From the NCBI GenBank assembly GCA_035389045.1, contig DAOORA010000050.1, positions 1 through 34,714 of the forward strand: DNA of 34,714 nt. Reading direction: 5' to 3'. The notes under the pieces are model-generated. The model was not told the origin of the DNA. It ran no database searches and saw only the letters and a program-made list of their open reading frames with translations. Made by a program: the position numbers and the translations under genes. Numbering within the stretch: the first letter of the stretch is position 1; each line of letters begins with the position of its first letter. Shown piece by piece: positions 1-8,558 of this stretch. This DNA is from Bacteroidales bacterium. Lineage in GTDB: Bacteria > Bacteroidota > Bacteroidia > Bacteroidales > CAIWKO01.

Positions 1-1171
1 ACGAGCACGCTGTTGGTTCCTGTGCCTGATGTGATGGACCCTCCCGGTGAGATGCTCCAGGAATATCCTGTCATGCCGGCTTCTGTCGAGTAAACAAAAC
101 CTGTGGAACCGTTGCATACAGAATCAGGTCCAGTGATCGCCGGAACCGGCAAGGTATTTACCATGACATTATATGTGGTCGCTGTAGCTGCCGTACAACC
201 GTTTCCATCCGTATAGTTTACGCTGATGGTCTGAGGTCCGGCATTATTCCAGGTTACGAGCACGCTATTGGTTCCTGTGCCTGATGTAATGGAACCTCCT
301 GCAGATATGATCCAGGAATATCCCATCATGCCGGCTTCCGTCGAATAGGCAACACCCGCTGATCCGTTGCAGACAGAGTCTGCTCCTGTGATTACCGGGA
401 CCGGCAAGGTATTTACCATGACATTATATGTGGTCGCTGTAGCTGCCGTACAACCGTTTCCATCTGTATAATTCACGCTGATGGTCTGAGGTCCGGCAGT
501 GTTCCAGGACACCTGTACACTGTTTGTTCCTGCTCCTGATGTAATGGAACCTCCCGCAGATATGATCCAGGAATATCCCGTCATGCCGGCTTCCGTCGAA
601 TAGGCAACACCCGTTGATCCGTTGCAGACAGAGTCTGCTCCTGTGATTACCGGGACCGGCAAGGTATTTACCATGACATTATATGTGGTCGCTGTAGCTG
701 CCGTACAACCGTTTCCATCTGTATAATTCACGCTGATGGTCTGAGGTCCGGCAGTGTTCCAGGACACCTGTACACTGTTTGTCCCTGCTCCCGATGTGAT
801 GGAACCGCCTGCAGATATACTCCAGGAATATCCCGTCATGCCGGCTTCCGTCGAGTAAACAACACCTGTGGAACCGTTGCATACAAAATCAGGACCAGTG
901 ATCGCCGGAACCGGCAAGGTATTTACCATAATATCATATGTGGTAGCAGTGTCTGCCGTACACCCGTTTACATCCGTATAGTTTACGCTGATGGTCTGAG
1001 GTCCTGCAATATTCCATGACACCTGTACACTGTTTGTTCCTGTTCCCGATGTGATGGAACCGCCTGCAGATATACTCCAGGAATATCCCGTCAGGCCGGC
1101 TTCCGTTGAGTAAACAACACCTGTGGAACCGTTGCATACAGAATCAGGCCCGGTGATCGCCGGAACCGGAC
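1..1171 (-). repeat. Coding tandem repeat, 255-bp (85-aa) unit, at least 4.6 copies, PKD/Ig-like
   Basis: AAGGTATTTACCAT recurs at 151, 406, 661 and 916, an exact 255-bp period. Unit: PVPAITGPDSVCNGSTGVVYSTEAGxTGYSWSISAGGSITSGTGTNSVQVSWNxAGPQTISVNYTDxNGCTA. Confidence 0.95.
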
Positions 1172-2411
1172 GCGAATTTACGGTGACCGGAAAATCTCCG
1201 GAAATTGTTCCGTTACCACAGGAGTTGACGCCCATCACCGTTAGGACTCCTGAGGTGGCAGTCTCTGAAAAATCAATAGTGACCGGATTGGTTGACCCGG
1301 AAATAATAACTCCGGTACCGCTGTATGACCACAGGTAAGTCGTAGCGTTATTGATGTCCGGAACCGAATAACTAACATTGTTTTGGCCGGGGCATACTGC
1401 AGAATCACCGCTAATAATGCCGGCAGGCGAAGGGCTCTGTATCACCGAGACCATGACGCTGTCAAAAGCGCTGCACCCGAAAGTATCCGTTACAGCAAGA
1501 TGATACATGGTGGTAGTTGCCGGGAATACCGTATGAGATATTCCTGCCCCCAACCCCTGATCCCAAAAATACTGAAGCGGAAGGCTTCCGCTTGTTCCGG
1601 TGGCGTCGAGTACCAGGGAACCTCCGGCACAAATTGTTGTGTCGTTATTCGTCACAATAACCGGTTTGGGATGGACGGTAAGCAGGGCGGTGTCAGAAAA
1701 CTGGGTACAGGTAATGGTAATGGCGCAACGGTAACTATTATCATTCAGGGAGTAATGGGCCTGGAGTATATGCAACGAATCGGTATGCACCCCGGCATAG
1801 GTGGCGTCATCCTGAAGATCTTCCCATAGTGATCCGTTGCGTACCTGCCACTGAAAAGTGCTTCCAGCAACAGCCGTCACATAAAATCCGGTATGCCCGT
1901 CTTCGCAAATGGTTGAAGATGCCGGCTGTGAAACAATCGTAGGGCTGATGCTGCCGTCTGTATAAGAGATATTGATTACCGTAAGGTCGGGTTTTACCAG
2001 TTCTGAAGTGAGAAGAAAATCAAGATCTGAGTTACCGCCTTTATAAATAAATAGGATGTCACAAAGTTTTCCTGAAATCAGGTCCACACCGGCACTGTCC
2101 AGTGGATCCCCCACCCATGAGATTACAACCTGCCAGGCATTTGGCCCGCTTGCCGGAACGCCGCACATGAGCCCGGGAAGCAAAGCATCTGCATTGTCAA
2201 ATCCGGCAAAGGTCAATACCGAGGTATCATAAGTAATATAAACAGTAAGTGCGCCTAATGAATCTATAGTACTATAATTTACCGGAACAAAGGCTGTGTC
2301 GTTCAGGCAGCCGGAGGTGTGAGGAACCGTTAGCTGCTGGGCCATACCGAGGCCGCCGTTCAGTATGCAGAATATAAGGATGCCTGTAATTTTTGTAAAT
2401 AATTTTTTCAT
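1..2411 (-). CDS. Large exported protein, C-terminus truncated by the window edge (803 codons visible): signal peptide, N-terminal cohesin-like domain, Ig-like domain, then PKD/Ig-like 85-aa tandem repeats
   Basis: Not in the ORF track because it has no stop inside the window. Manual translation from ATG at 2411: MKKLFTKITGILIFCILNGGLGMA|QQLTVPHTSGCLNDTAFVPVNYSTIDSLGALTVYITYDTSVLTF...VVISW...GKLCDILFIYKGGNSDLDF...ISYTDGSI, then PTIVSQP...FQWQ...YRC (Ig), then repeats. The same frame is still open at position 1 (...GTNSVL). Confidence 0.9.
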   Translation of the reverse strand, partial: MKKLFTKITGILIFCILNGGLGMAQQLTVPHTSGCLNDTAFVPVNYSTIDSLGALTVYITYDTSVLTFAGFDNADALLPGLMCGVPASGPNAWQVVISWVGDPLDSAGVDLISGKLCDILFIYKGGNSDLDFLLTSELVKPDLTVINISYTDGSISPTIVSQPASSTICEDGHTGFYVTAVAGSTFQWQVRNGSLWEDLQDDATYAGVHTDSLHILQAHYSLNDNSYRCAITITCTQFSDTALLTVHPKPVIVTNNDTTICAGGSLVLDATGTSGSLPLQYFWDQGLGAGISHTVFPATTTMYHLAVTDTFGCSAFDSVMVSVIQSPSPAGIISGDSAVCPGQNNVSYSVPDINNATTYLWSYSGTGVIISGSTNPVTIDFSETATSGVLTVMGVNSCGNGTISGDFPVTVNSRPVPAITGPDSVCNGSTGVVYSTEAGLTGYSWSISAGGSITSGTGTNSVQVSWNIAGPQTISVNYTDVNGCTADTATTYDIMVNTLPVPAITGPDFVCNGSTGVVYSTEAGMTGYSWSISAGGSITSGAGTNSVQVSWNTAGPQTISVNYTDGNGCTAATATTYNVMVNTLPVPVITGADSVCNGSTGVAYSTEAGMTGYSWIISAGGSITSGAGTNSVQVSWNTAGPQTISVNYTDGNGCTAATATTYNVMVNTLPVPVITGADSVCNGSAGVAYSTEAGMMGYSWIISAGGSITSGTGTNSVLVTWNNAGPQTISVNYTDGNGCTAATATTYNVMVNTLPVPAITGPDSVCNGSTGFVYSTEAGMTGYSWSISPGGSITSGTGTNSVL

Positions 2412-2476
2412 GGTATACTATTTTAATTTATTGTTTTTTATGCTGTTACAAGAAAACCGCGGATTGTTAACAATGT

Positions 2477-2498
2477 AAAAACCCGACACGGTCAGGTT
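2477..2498 (-). terminator. Candidate intrinsic terminator after the 344-aa gene
   Basis: Minus strand reads AACCTGAC-CGT-GTCGGG-TTTTT: a stem with one U-G pair followed by a U-run, about 80 nt after the stop at 2579. Confidence 0.45.
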
Positions 2499-2578
2499 CG
2501 CCGGATGATGTAATAGCCCGCCTTATTAAACCAAGAGATTATTATATGATTTATCAGTGAATACAATGGTGTTTTGCT

Positions 2579-3613
2579 TTAGTTTTTAACAAGTTTATAT
2601 GTGTAGTTTCTTTTATTCATTCTGATAGAACAAACAATTTGAATATAATATATTCCTTTTTCTAACCCATGTAAATGCTTTATACTGAAATGTTCGTCCT
2701 GTTTTTGAACATTCATCTTTCTGGTAAGCCGGCCATCGGCAGCAAAGAGATTTATTTCTTCAACAAAGGCTGAGCTTGAAATTTCTATTGTAATACCATC
2801 AATAAAAGGGTTGGGATATATACCAGCATTCATTACTTCAAAATCATTTCCGGACAATACCGTTACATGTAACATGACAGCATCGGACACTATGGATACA
2901 CAGGTATTGCTTAGCATGCATCTGAAAGAGGCTCCGTCTAATGCCAGGGAGGGTTGAAGCACATGAAGAGTATCCTCTTTGCCACCCTGAAATATTTGGT
3001 TGTCCTGGATGTTTCCCCATCCGCTTCCCTGATTGATCTGCCATTGAATGCTATCATAATCTGAAGCCCCGACAGAAAAAAAACCATTTTGGGTTGTATT
3101 TAAGGTTAGTGGCAGCGGCTGCATATTGATCACAGGGTTTTCCGGAACCGCCAGACTTCCATTGGAATAATTAATATTGATCGGGTCACCTGCCGAATCA
3201 GCGATTTCGCAATTGGTCATAAAGTTTACCGGAATATTTCCTCCTGAAATCACTCTAAAATTCAGTACAGCAAAAAGTCCTGCATTAAAATTTACTCCTT
3301 CTCCGGCATTATCAATCCATGAAATCCCGATTTTTCCTATCCGTGGGCCATTCACGGGCACACGGATATCGTTGTACATGGTGCCCGAAGCAAGCGGGTT
3401 GATATTGCTTAGAAAAACGGAATCAACCATGCTGGTGTCGTATCCGATAAATAATGTAATTGCACCTATATTGGGTATAGCCGACATATTTACAGGAATG
3501 TTAGCAATAGTACCGATGCACGATTGCACATGGCCAATCTGCATGGTTTGCGTATGCACCCGCCCGCACATCAATATCAGTAAACAAAAAGCGACAGCCT
3601 TACAGAGTTTCAT
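2579..3613 (-). CDS. Cohesin-like + Ig-like + T9SS type A sorting domain protein (344 aa); candidate anchor or adaptor
   Basis: Signal peptide ...GRVHT|Q. Cohesin-like IPVNMSAIPNIGAITLFIGYDTS...ISW...LFAVLNF...CEIADSAGDPININYSNGSL. Ig PVINMQP...IQWQ...FRC. CTD IYPNPF...LFAADGR...GLEKGIYYIQI...KLVKN. Confidence 0.85.
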   Translation of the reverse strand: MKLCKAVAFCLLILMCGRVHTQTMQIGHVQSCIGTIANIPVNMSAIPNIGAITLFIGYDTSMVDSVFLSNINPLASGTMYNDIRVPVNGPRIGKIGISWIDNAGEGVNFNAGLFAVLNFRVISGGNIPVNFMTNCEIADSAGDPININYSNGSLAVPENPVINMQPLPLTLNTTQNGFFSVGASDYDSIQWQINQGSGWGNIQDNQIFQGGKEDTLHVLQPSLALDGASFRCMLSNTCVSIVSDAVMLHVTVLSGNDFEVMNAGIYPNPFIDGITIEISSSAFVEEINLFAADGRLTRKMNVQKQDEHFSIKHLHGLEKGIYYIQIVCSIRMNKRNYTYKLVKN

Positions 3614-3622
3614 AGTATCGCA

Positions 3623-6600
3623 TTAATTACCGGGGAAAATGATCATGGAGCGTGTTGCATTGAAATTCCTGGTAACGCCTTCAACAGTGATTTTGTAATA
3701 ATAAGCCCCGCTTTTTAATCCCGAACCGTCGAAACGGATGGTGTATTTCCCTGCTTTTTGCACCGTGGATACCAGGGTGCCGACTTCCTGTCCCAGCACA
3801 TCGTAAGCTTTAAGCAATACATTGCCTTCTTCGGGCAATACATATCCGATTTCCGTTTCTCCGCGGAAAGGATTCGGATGATTCTGGCTCAGTTCAAAAT
3901 CCAAATCCGGAGTAATACGGATATCGGGATAACTCAAGCGGACGCCATGCATAATATCTGCTGTTTTATCGGCAAATTCACTTGCAGCATCGAGGCTGAG
4001 CGCGATATTGTCTTTTTCGGAGGCGTTTTCACTGACTTTCAGATGCAGGACACATAACACATCATTGCTGTTAAATACCGCAGGAGACAGGCTATCCCAG
4101 GCAATGACGACTTTTCCTTTCCTGGCGCTGTATAATAATCCTGGCAGGGAGGACGAAATACCCTCAACATCTGCGAACTTCTCAGGATAATCAATGATCA
4201 GAGTAACAGCAGCGGGTTGTATCATATTTTCACATAGTATCGGAAGATCAATGTTTTGATCCCTGTTTGTAAATATCTCTCCTTTTTCGAAAAGCTCAAT
4301 CCCCGAATTTTTAAGCATTACCGGAGTAAACGAACCGTTCACATCTCCGGCACACAATGTTTTTATGTCATGAGTAATATTGGTGTCAGCCAAAACAATA
4401 GTATCTTTCAGGAATACAATGTCTTTGATCTGGAAATTGTCGATCTGGCCGACAACGCGTCTTCTGATCAGCAAGGCATCGGTGCTTGAAATGGTATTTG
4501 AGTGATTAACATCAGCCGCCGTGTCCTGTAGCCTGTTCAATACGGACAATCCTATGCTGGCCCTGCGCACCAATAAGGCATCTGTTGAATTGACGCCTCC
4601 CCACGGAAAAACGGCGGACGCATCAATTAAATATGTTTTCTGTGGATTCAGTCCCAGGTCGTATGCTCCGTCCACGCCGGCGGTTACGGAATCTAAATTT
4701 ACCCCTTCGGTGTTTCTCAGGTATACGGTGGCATTGCTTATCGGAGTGCCAGCCAGATTCTGATAGGTGACAGACCCTGTTATTGACTTGGGATATCCCA
4801 GTATAACTTCCGCCTCAGGCGTATTTTTCATGGGTTCGGTATTACCGACATTGTCTTTGGCAATAGAGAAAAAACCATACTCCGAATTTTCTATCCCTGA
4901 AAGATGAGCAGTGTCCCCGAAGATATATTCTCCGAATAAATTATATGGCCCGGCATCCCTGGAATAATAGAGCATATATTTTTGTATTCCGCAGCCGCCC
5001 GGATCATCCTGTCCGCTGAATATGATATCAAGCGAACTCGGAGAGGTTTGTATAAGGGTATCTATCGAACTGGCCGGCGCCTTAGCATCTATTTTATTAA
5101 ACCATTCATTCGTATTAATAGATTCATTAATATCAAAAACAATTTTGGCCTGAGCCAGCACGGAATCGCCTGTGATATCAGATGATCTGGGTTTAATGGT
5201 AAAAGTGACAAATCCCTCGCCAACATGGGTGTTGGTATCGTTGACCGGCAGAAATCCGGTTTGCGGATCATTAGGAGGAAGGCCTGTTGCAGGGTCAATA
5301 GACCGGAATACCCAGAACGCTTCATGGTTGACCACGTCGAGTCCGGCGACAACATCAACATAAACATTTAACGAATCTCTGACATCGAGTCTTGTGGTAT
5401 AATGTGCGGTATTGGCCGGTACAGAGAAATTAAAATCGCCAAAACCAAAATTTCCGATTTGCAATGAATTCCAGTTGATCTTGCTGCTGAGCGGGACATT
5501 AATTTTCACTTCCTGTGCCGGAGCCGTAGCAAAAACAGGATCGTTTTCAAACCAAACGGTATAGGACAGCTGGTCATTGACGGATACCCACTGTGGTTCT
5601 GCATATCCCGCTGGTCCGGCAATAATATTCGGATCCTGAGGGCAATCGATCGGAATGAACAACACAAACACACACTTGCTGGCATTGCAGCCATTGGAGT
5701 CTGTCACCGAACAGCAATACAATCCTGATCCTGAAACGGTGAGTGTACCTCCCGGCCAGCTGTAAGTATAGGGAGGTGTTCCCCCGGAAGCTGTTGCGGA
5801 TAATGTCGTTGAGGTTGGGTCACCATTACAGTAACGGATAACGGTATTTCCTCCACTGACCGATACGGTTAATTTCGCGGGCTCTCCGATGGTGACGTTT
5901 GTTCTTCCGTGGCAGCCGTTTGCGTCTGTCGCAGTGACCGTATAGGTTCCGGCTGCCAAACCACTGGCTGTAGCGCCCCCGCTGCCATTCGACCATGTAT
6001 AGGTGTATGGCTCGTCACCGCCAGAGGCAGAAGCTGTCGCAGTGCCATCACTGCCTCCGTGACAGGAGGGATTTTTCGATGATGTTATAGTTACCGGGAA
6101 TGCATTATAGGACATTTCCACCTCCACGGAGCCGGTTCCTTTGCAACCGGCAGAATCAGTGACCGTAACACTGTAAGTTCCCTGGGACAAATCTGTAATG
6201 GTTGATGTCGTCCCGCCATTTGACCACTCATACGTATAGGGGGTGCTGCCTCCGCTGGCTGTCACCGTTGCGGTTCCATCCGCCGTATTATCACAGCTTT
6301 CGGGGGTGGATGCCATAGTAGTACCTAATGTGGACATGGAAAGCTCAATAGTAACCGTTTCCGTTCCCTGGCAACCGTTGGCGTCCACAACGGTAACCGT
6401 ATAATCTCCTTCGGCCAGATTGCTGATGCCCGGCGTGTTTTCGCCGGTCGACCACGTATACGTATAAGGAGGTGTCCCGTTGCTGACATTTGTTACCTGC
6501 GCCGTTCCATCCGAAGCCCCGGTACAGGTTACATCGGTATGGTCAACCTCGATCTGGCCAAACCCGTTAAAAAATAAAAACTGGAGTATGAATAATATTC

Positions 6601-6655
6601 CGGCAAACTTGATTTTTGCAGAATTACCCTGTTGAGAATTTAAATATCTTTTCAT
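3623..6655 (-). CDS. T9SS substrate (1010 aa): SprB-like repeats, 'DPN' (DUF7619-like) domain, Fn3-like, carboxypeptidase-regulatory-like, dockerin, cohesin-like, T9SS CTD
   Basis: Signal peptide ...NGFG|Q. Three to four C..DGTA..GGTPPYTY.WS..L..G.YTVTV.DANGC repeats. QDPNIIAGPAGY...YTVWFENDP..ATAPAQ...SIDPATGLPP.DP..GFLP.N...GEGFV...IVFDINESI. Dockerin GGVNSTDALLVRR / AADVNHSNTISSTDALLIRR. CTD LSQNHPNPF...YDVLGQEV...LKSGAYYY. Confidence 0.9.
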   Translation of the reverse strand: MKRYLNSQQGNSAKIKFAGILFILQFLFFNGFGQIEVDHTDVTCTGASDGTAQVTNVSNGTPPYTYTWSTGENTPGISNLAEGDYTVTVVDANGCQGTETVTIELSMSTLGTTMASTPESCDNTADGTATVTASGGSTPYTYEWSNGGTTSTITDLSQGTYSVTVTDSAGCKGTGSVEVEMSYNAFPVTITSSKNPSCHGGSDGTATASASGGDEPYTYTWSNGSGGATASGLAAGTYTVTATDANGCHGRTNVTIGEPAKLTVSVSGGNTVIRYCNGDPTSTTLSATASGGTPPYTYSWPGGTLTVSGSGLYCCSVTDSNGCNASKCVFVLFIPIDCPQDPNIIAGPAGYAEPQWVSVNDQLSYTVWFENDPVFATAPAQEVKINVPLSSKINWNSLQIGNFGFGDFNFSVPANTAHYTTRLDVRDSLNVYVDVVAGLDVVNHEAFWVFRSIDPATGLPPNDPQTGFLPVNDTNTHVGEGFVTFTIKPRSSDITGDSVLAQAKIVFDINESINTNEWFNKIDAKAPASSIDTLIQTSPSSLDIIFSGQDDPGGCGIQKYMLYYSRDAGPYNLFGEYIFGDTAHLSGIENSEYGFFSIAKDNVGNTEPMKNTPEAEVILGYPKSITGSVTYQNLAGTPISNATVYLRNTEGVNLDSVTAGVDGAYDLGLNPQKTYLIDASAVFPWGGVNSTDALLVRRASIGLSVLNRLQDTAADVNHSNTISSTDALLIRRRVVGQIDNFQIKDIVFLKDTIVLADTNITHDIKTLCAGDVNGSFTPVMLKNSGIELFEKGEIFTNRDQNIDLPILCENMIQPAAVTLIIDYPEKFADVEGISSSLPGLLYSARKGKVVIAWDSLSPAVFNSNDVLCVLHLKVSENASEKDNIALSLDAASEFADKTADIMHGVRLSYPDIRITPDLDFELSQNHPNPFRGETEIGYVLPEEGNVLLKAYDVLGQEVGTLVSTVQKAGKYTIRFDGSGLKSGAYYYKITVEGVTRNFNATRSMIIFPGN
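4448..4603 (-). other. Dockerin-like domain in the 1010-aa protein
   Basis: Duplicated helix motif (STDALLVRR / STDALLIRR). The second copy has a Ca-binding loop, DVNHSNTISSTD. Confidence 0.8.
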
Positions 6656-6712
6656 GTTTTTGTGTATTTTAAATACTTTGTAATACTGAATTATGCGGAT
6701 ATTTATATGATA

Positions 6713-7420
6713 TTAGTTTTTTCTTAATTTTTTCAGTGCCGGTTTTACCATGCGTTTGAACAGTTTTGCCGACTCCTCTTTACTCATGCAGCTTCTGTCC
6801 GGAATGACCGGTTTGCGTTGTTCCGTCATTTTAGACAGGGTGAAGGCCAATATTTCCTTTTTTTGCATGTCCTGTGCACTTTTTGCTTTTTGGATTATCG
6901 TCTTGATTATTTCTTTATCCCGCATCAGGATCAGTGATTTCGCACAAAACTCAGCCACAGAGAGATTGTTGCTCTCTAAGCTGTCGAGTAACACAGGAAC
7001 GGACAGATGCCACAGCCGCTGTATTTGCCCGTTGGCTTCTTCGTAGGTATTAGGGTTTTTTATTCCCGACATATAGATGTAGCGGGTGACTTTTTCATCA
7101 ATGATCTTCTTATCTGCTGCCGTCAGCATTACCTCGCCTCTTAATTCCCGATCCCCTAATTCTTTGGCAAGCTTCTTCAGTTCATTTTTATTTCTTGACG
7201 AATCCAATATACTGATTATTTCGGACACGGTTTTTTCCGATAAATATTTTGCATCATCATAAATTCCGGAACTGTTTTCGCCAGGACGGGTGTTATGGTT
7301 TTGAGCCCCGGAAAGGGTATCTGATACGAGATTCTCATTTTTATTCTGCCCGTATAACCCGCTGCATAACAAAATAAAAACAATAAAAAACCCTTTTAAA
7401 ATGTAATTACTTTTTTTCAT
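6713..7420 (-). CDS. Exported hypothetical protein (235 aa), alpha-helical/HEAT-like; orphan immunity-like candidate
   Basis: Signal peptide MKKSNYILKGFFIVFILLCSGLYG|Q. HEAT-like segment SVPVLLDSLESNNLSVAEFCAKSLILMRDKEII. No recognisable family. Confidence 0.75.
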   Translation of the reverse strand: MKKSNYILKGFFIVFILLCSGLYGQNKNENLVSDTLSGAQNHNTRPGENSSGIYDDAKYLSEKTVSEIISILDSSRNKNELKKLAKELGDRELRGEVMLTAADKKIIDEKVTRYIYMSGIKNPNTYEEANGQIQRLWHLSVPVLLDSLESNNLSVAEFCAKSLILMRDKEIIKTIIQKAKSAQDMQKKEILAFTLSKMTEQRKPVIPDRSCMSKEESAKLFKRMVKPALKKLRKN

Positions 7421-7425
7421 TGTGA

Positions 7426-7432
7426 CACCTCC
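7426..7432 (-). promoter_or_regulatory. Shine-Dalgarno-like GGAGGTG before the 235-aa gene
   Basis: Minus strand reads GGAGGTG-TCACA-ATG, a 5-nt spacer. Confidence 0.5.
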
Positions 7433-7475
7433 AAATTATTAAACATAATACCATAAATAATAATATCTTTTTTTG

Positions 7476-8546
7476 TTATTTCTCCAAATGTTTTTTAGTG
7501 ACCATAAAAGTTTCATTTAAAAAATCAACGCCTTGCTGTTCCCTGATGGCCCCCGCCAACGCTTCATTTTCATATAAGTTTTGCACATCCCTGACCAGTC
7601 TGTCTGTGAGTGTTCTGTCCATAGCGGTTTCCGGCAGGGAAAGTTGCCCGTTCATAATATAACAGGCATTATAGAGGAAAAAATATTGTTTTGCCAACAC
7701 GGTTGTTTGTTCCGATAATCCCAGTAAAATTGGGATATCCAGGTCTCCGTAAATTTCTTTCATAAATGCAATATTCCTGTTGAATATTATCTGATTGCTT
7801 TTTATAATAATATCCTGTAAATCTTTTTGCACGATTTTTTCCCAAACGGTTTGCCAGGCATTCCTTTGATCATCCTCAACATAAATGTCATGTTTAAGAA
7901 TGGCATCAGCGATTATTTCCTGTTCATTTTTTGTCAGGATAATATTGGGCATGTTTCCGATTTGTTTCAGACAAACAATAATACTATCGCTTTTATACTT
8001 TTCTGATAATGAAACGCTTATCATTTCCCGGATTCGGATTAAATAGCTGTTGTTTTGCATGCTGAAAATGTTCCTGAATAAACTCCGCACCAATGTACAG
8101 GCCGCATTTTCGTCCAGCTGGATAACAGTCCAAACAGCCCGGTGTGGCATGAATAAGGGACTGTTAAGCGGGCGCCGGACCGACATGTCAATCGCAGAAA
8201 AATTCTTAATAAAACTTTTCTCTTCCAGCATGGTTTGTGCAAAATTTCCAAGATAAGTGATTACTTCAGTTTTGTAAGTGGAATCCCAGCTGATATAGGC
8301 CATACGGGTCAAAAGAAACCGTGCATCAGAGGGGTTCTCCATTTTACTGAAGGTGTCCGTGCTTTGCAGATTCAGGAAGTTATCAAGCCTGACTTTCATT
8401 TCTTTCCAGTTCTCTGAGGTCAGGTTATCATATTCTTTGGGATAATAGTTATATGGCCGTTCTTTCTGTCCGTAAATATCGGTCACAGGTGCAATAACAA
8501 ATAATGTAACAATGAAAAATAAAGCTTTATAGATTTTTGTTTTCAT
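7476..8546 (-). CDS. Exported hypothetical protein (356 aa), probably alpha-helical; candidate cognate partner/immunity protein of the upstream HExxH protein
   Basis: Signal peptide ...APVTDIYG|Q. Starts 12 nt after the stop of the 529-aa gene. No visible similarity to the 338-aa or 235-aa proteins. Confidence 0.8.
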   Translation of the reverse strand: MKTKIYKALFFIVTLFVIAPVTDIYGQKERPYNYYPKEYDNLTSENWKEMKVRLDNFLNLQSTDTFSKMENPSDARFLLTRMAYISWDSTYKTEVITYLGNFAQTMLEEKSFIKNFSAIDMSVRRPLNSPLFMPHRAVWTVIQLDENAACTLVRSLFRNIFSMQNNSYLIRIREMISVSLSEKYKSDSIIVCLKQIGNMPNIILTKNEQEIIADAILKHDIYVEDDQRNAWQTVWEKIVQKDLQDIIIKSNQIIFNRNIAFMKEIYGDLDIPILLGLSEQTTVLAKQYFFLYNACYIMNGQLSLPETAMDRTLTDRLVRDVQNLYENEALAGAIREQQGVDFLNETFMVTKKHLEK

Positions 8547-8558
8547 GATTTGTACTGT

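Noticed and set aside
1..1171. Repeats as a CRISPR array or DGR template/variable repeat
   Set aside because: Units are contiguous, 255 bp, in frame and have no unique spacers. Differences are not adenine-specific, and no cas or reverse transcriptase gene is present.
5627..5635. DPN as an Rhs DPxG autoproteolysis site
   Set aside because: No YD/Rhs repeats are present. The motif is DPNII and begins a conserved beta-rich domain.
3623..6655. Gene symbol sprB
   Set aside because: It has only a few SprB-like repeats and a type A CTD, so it is not the gliding adhesin architecture.
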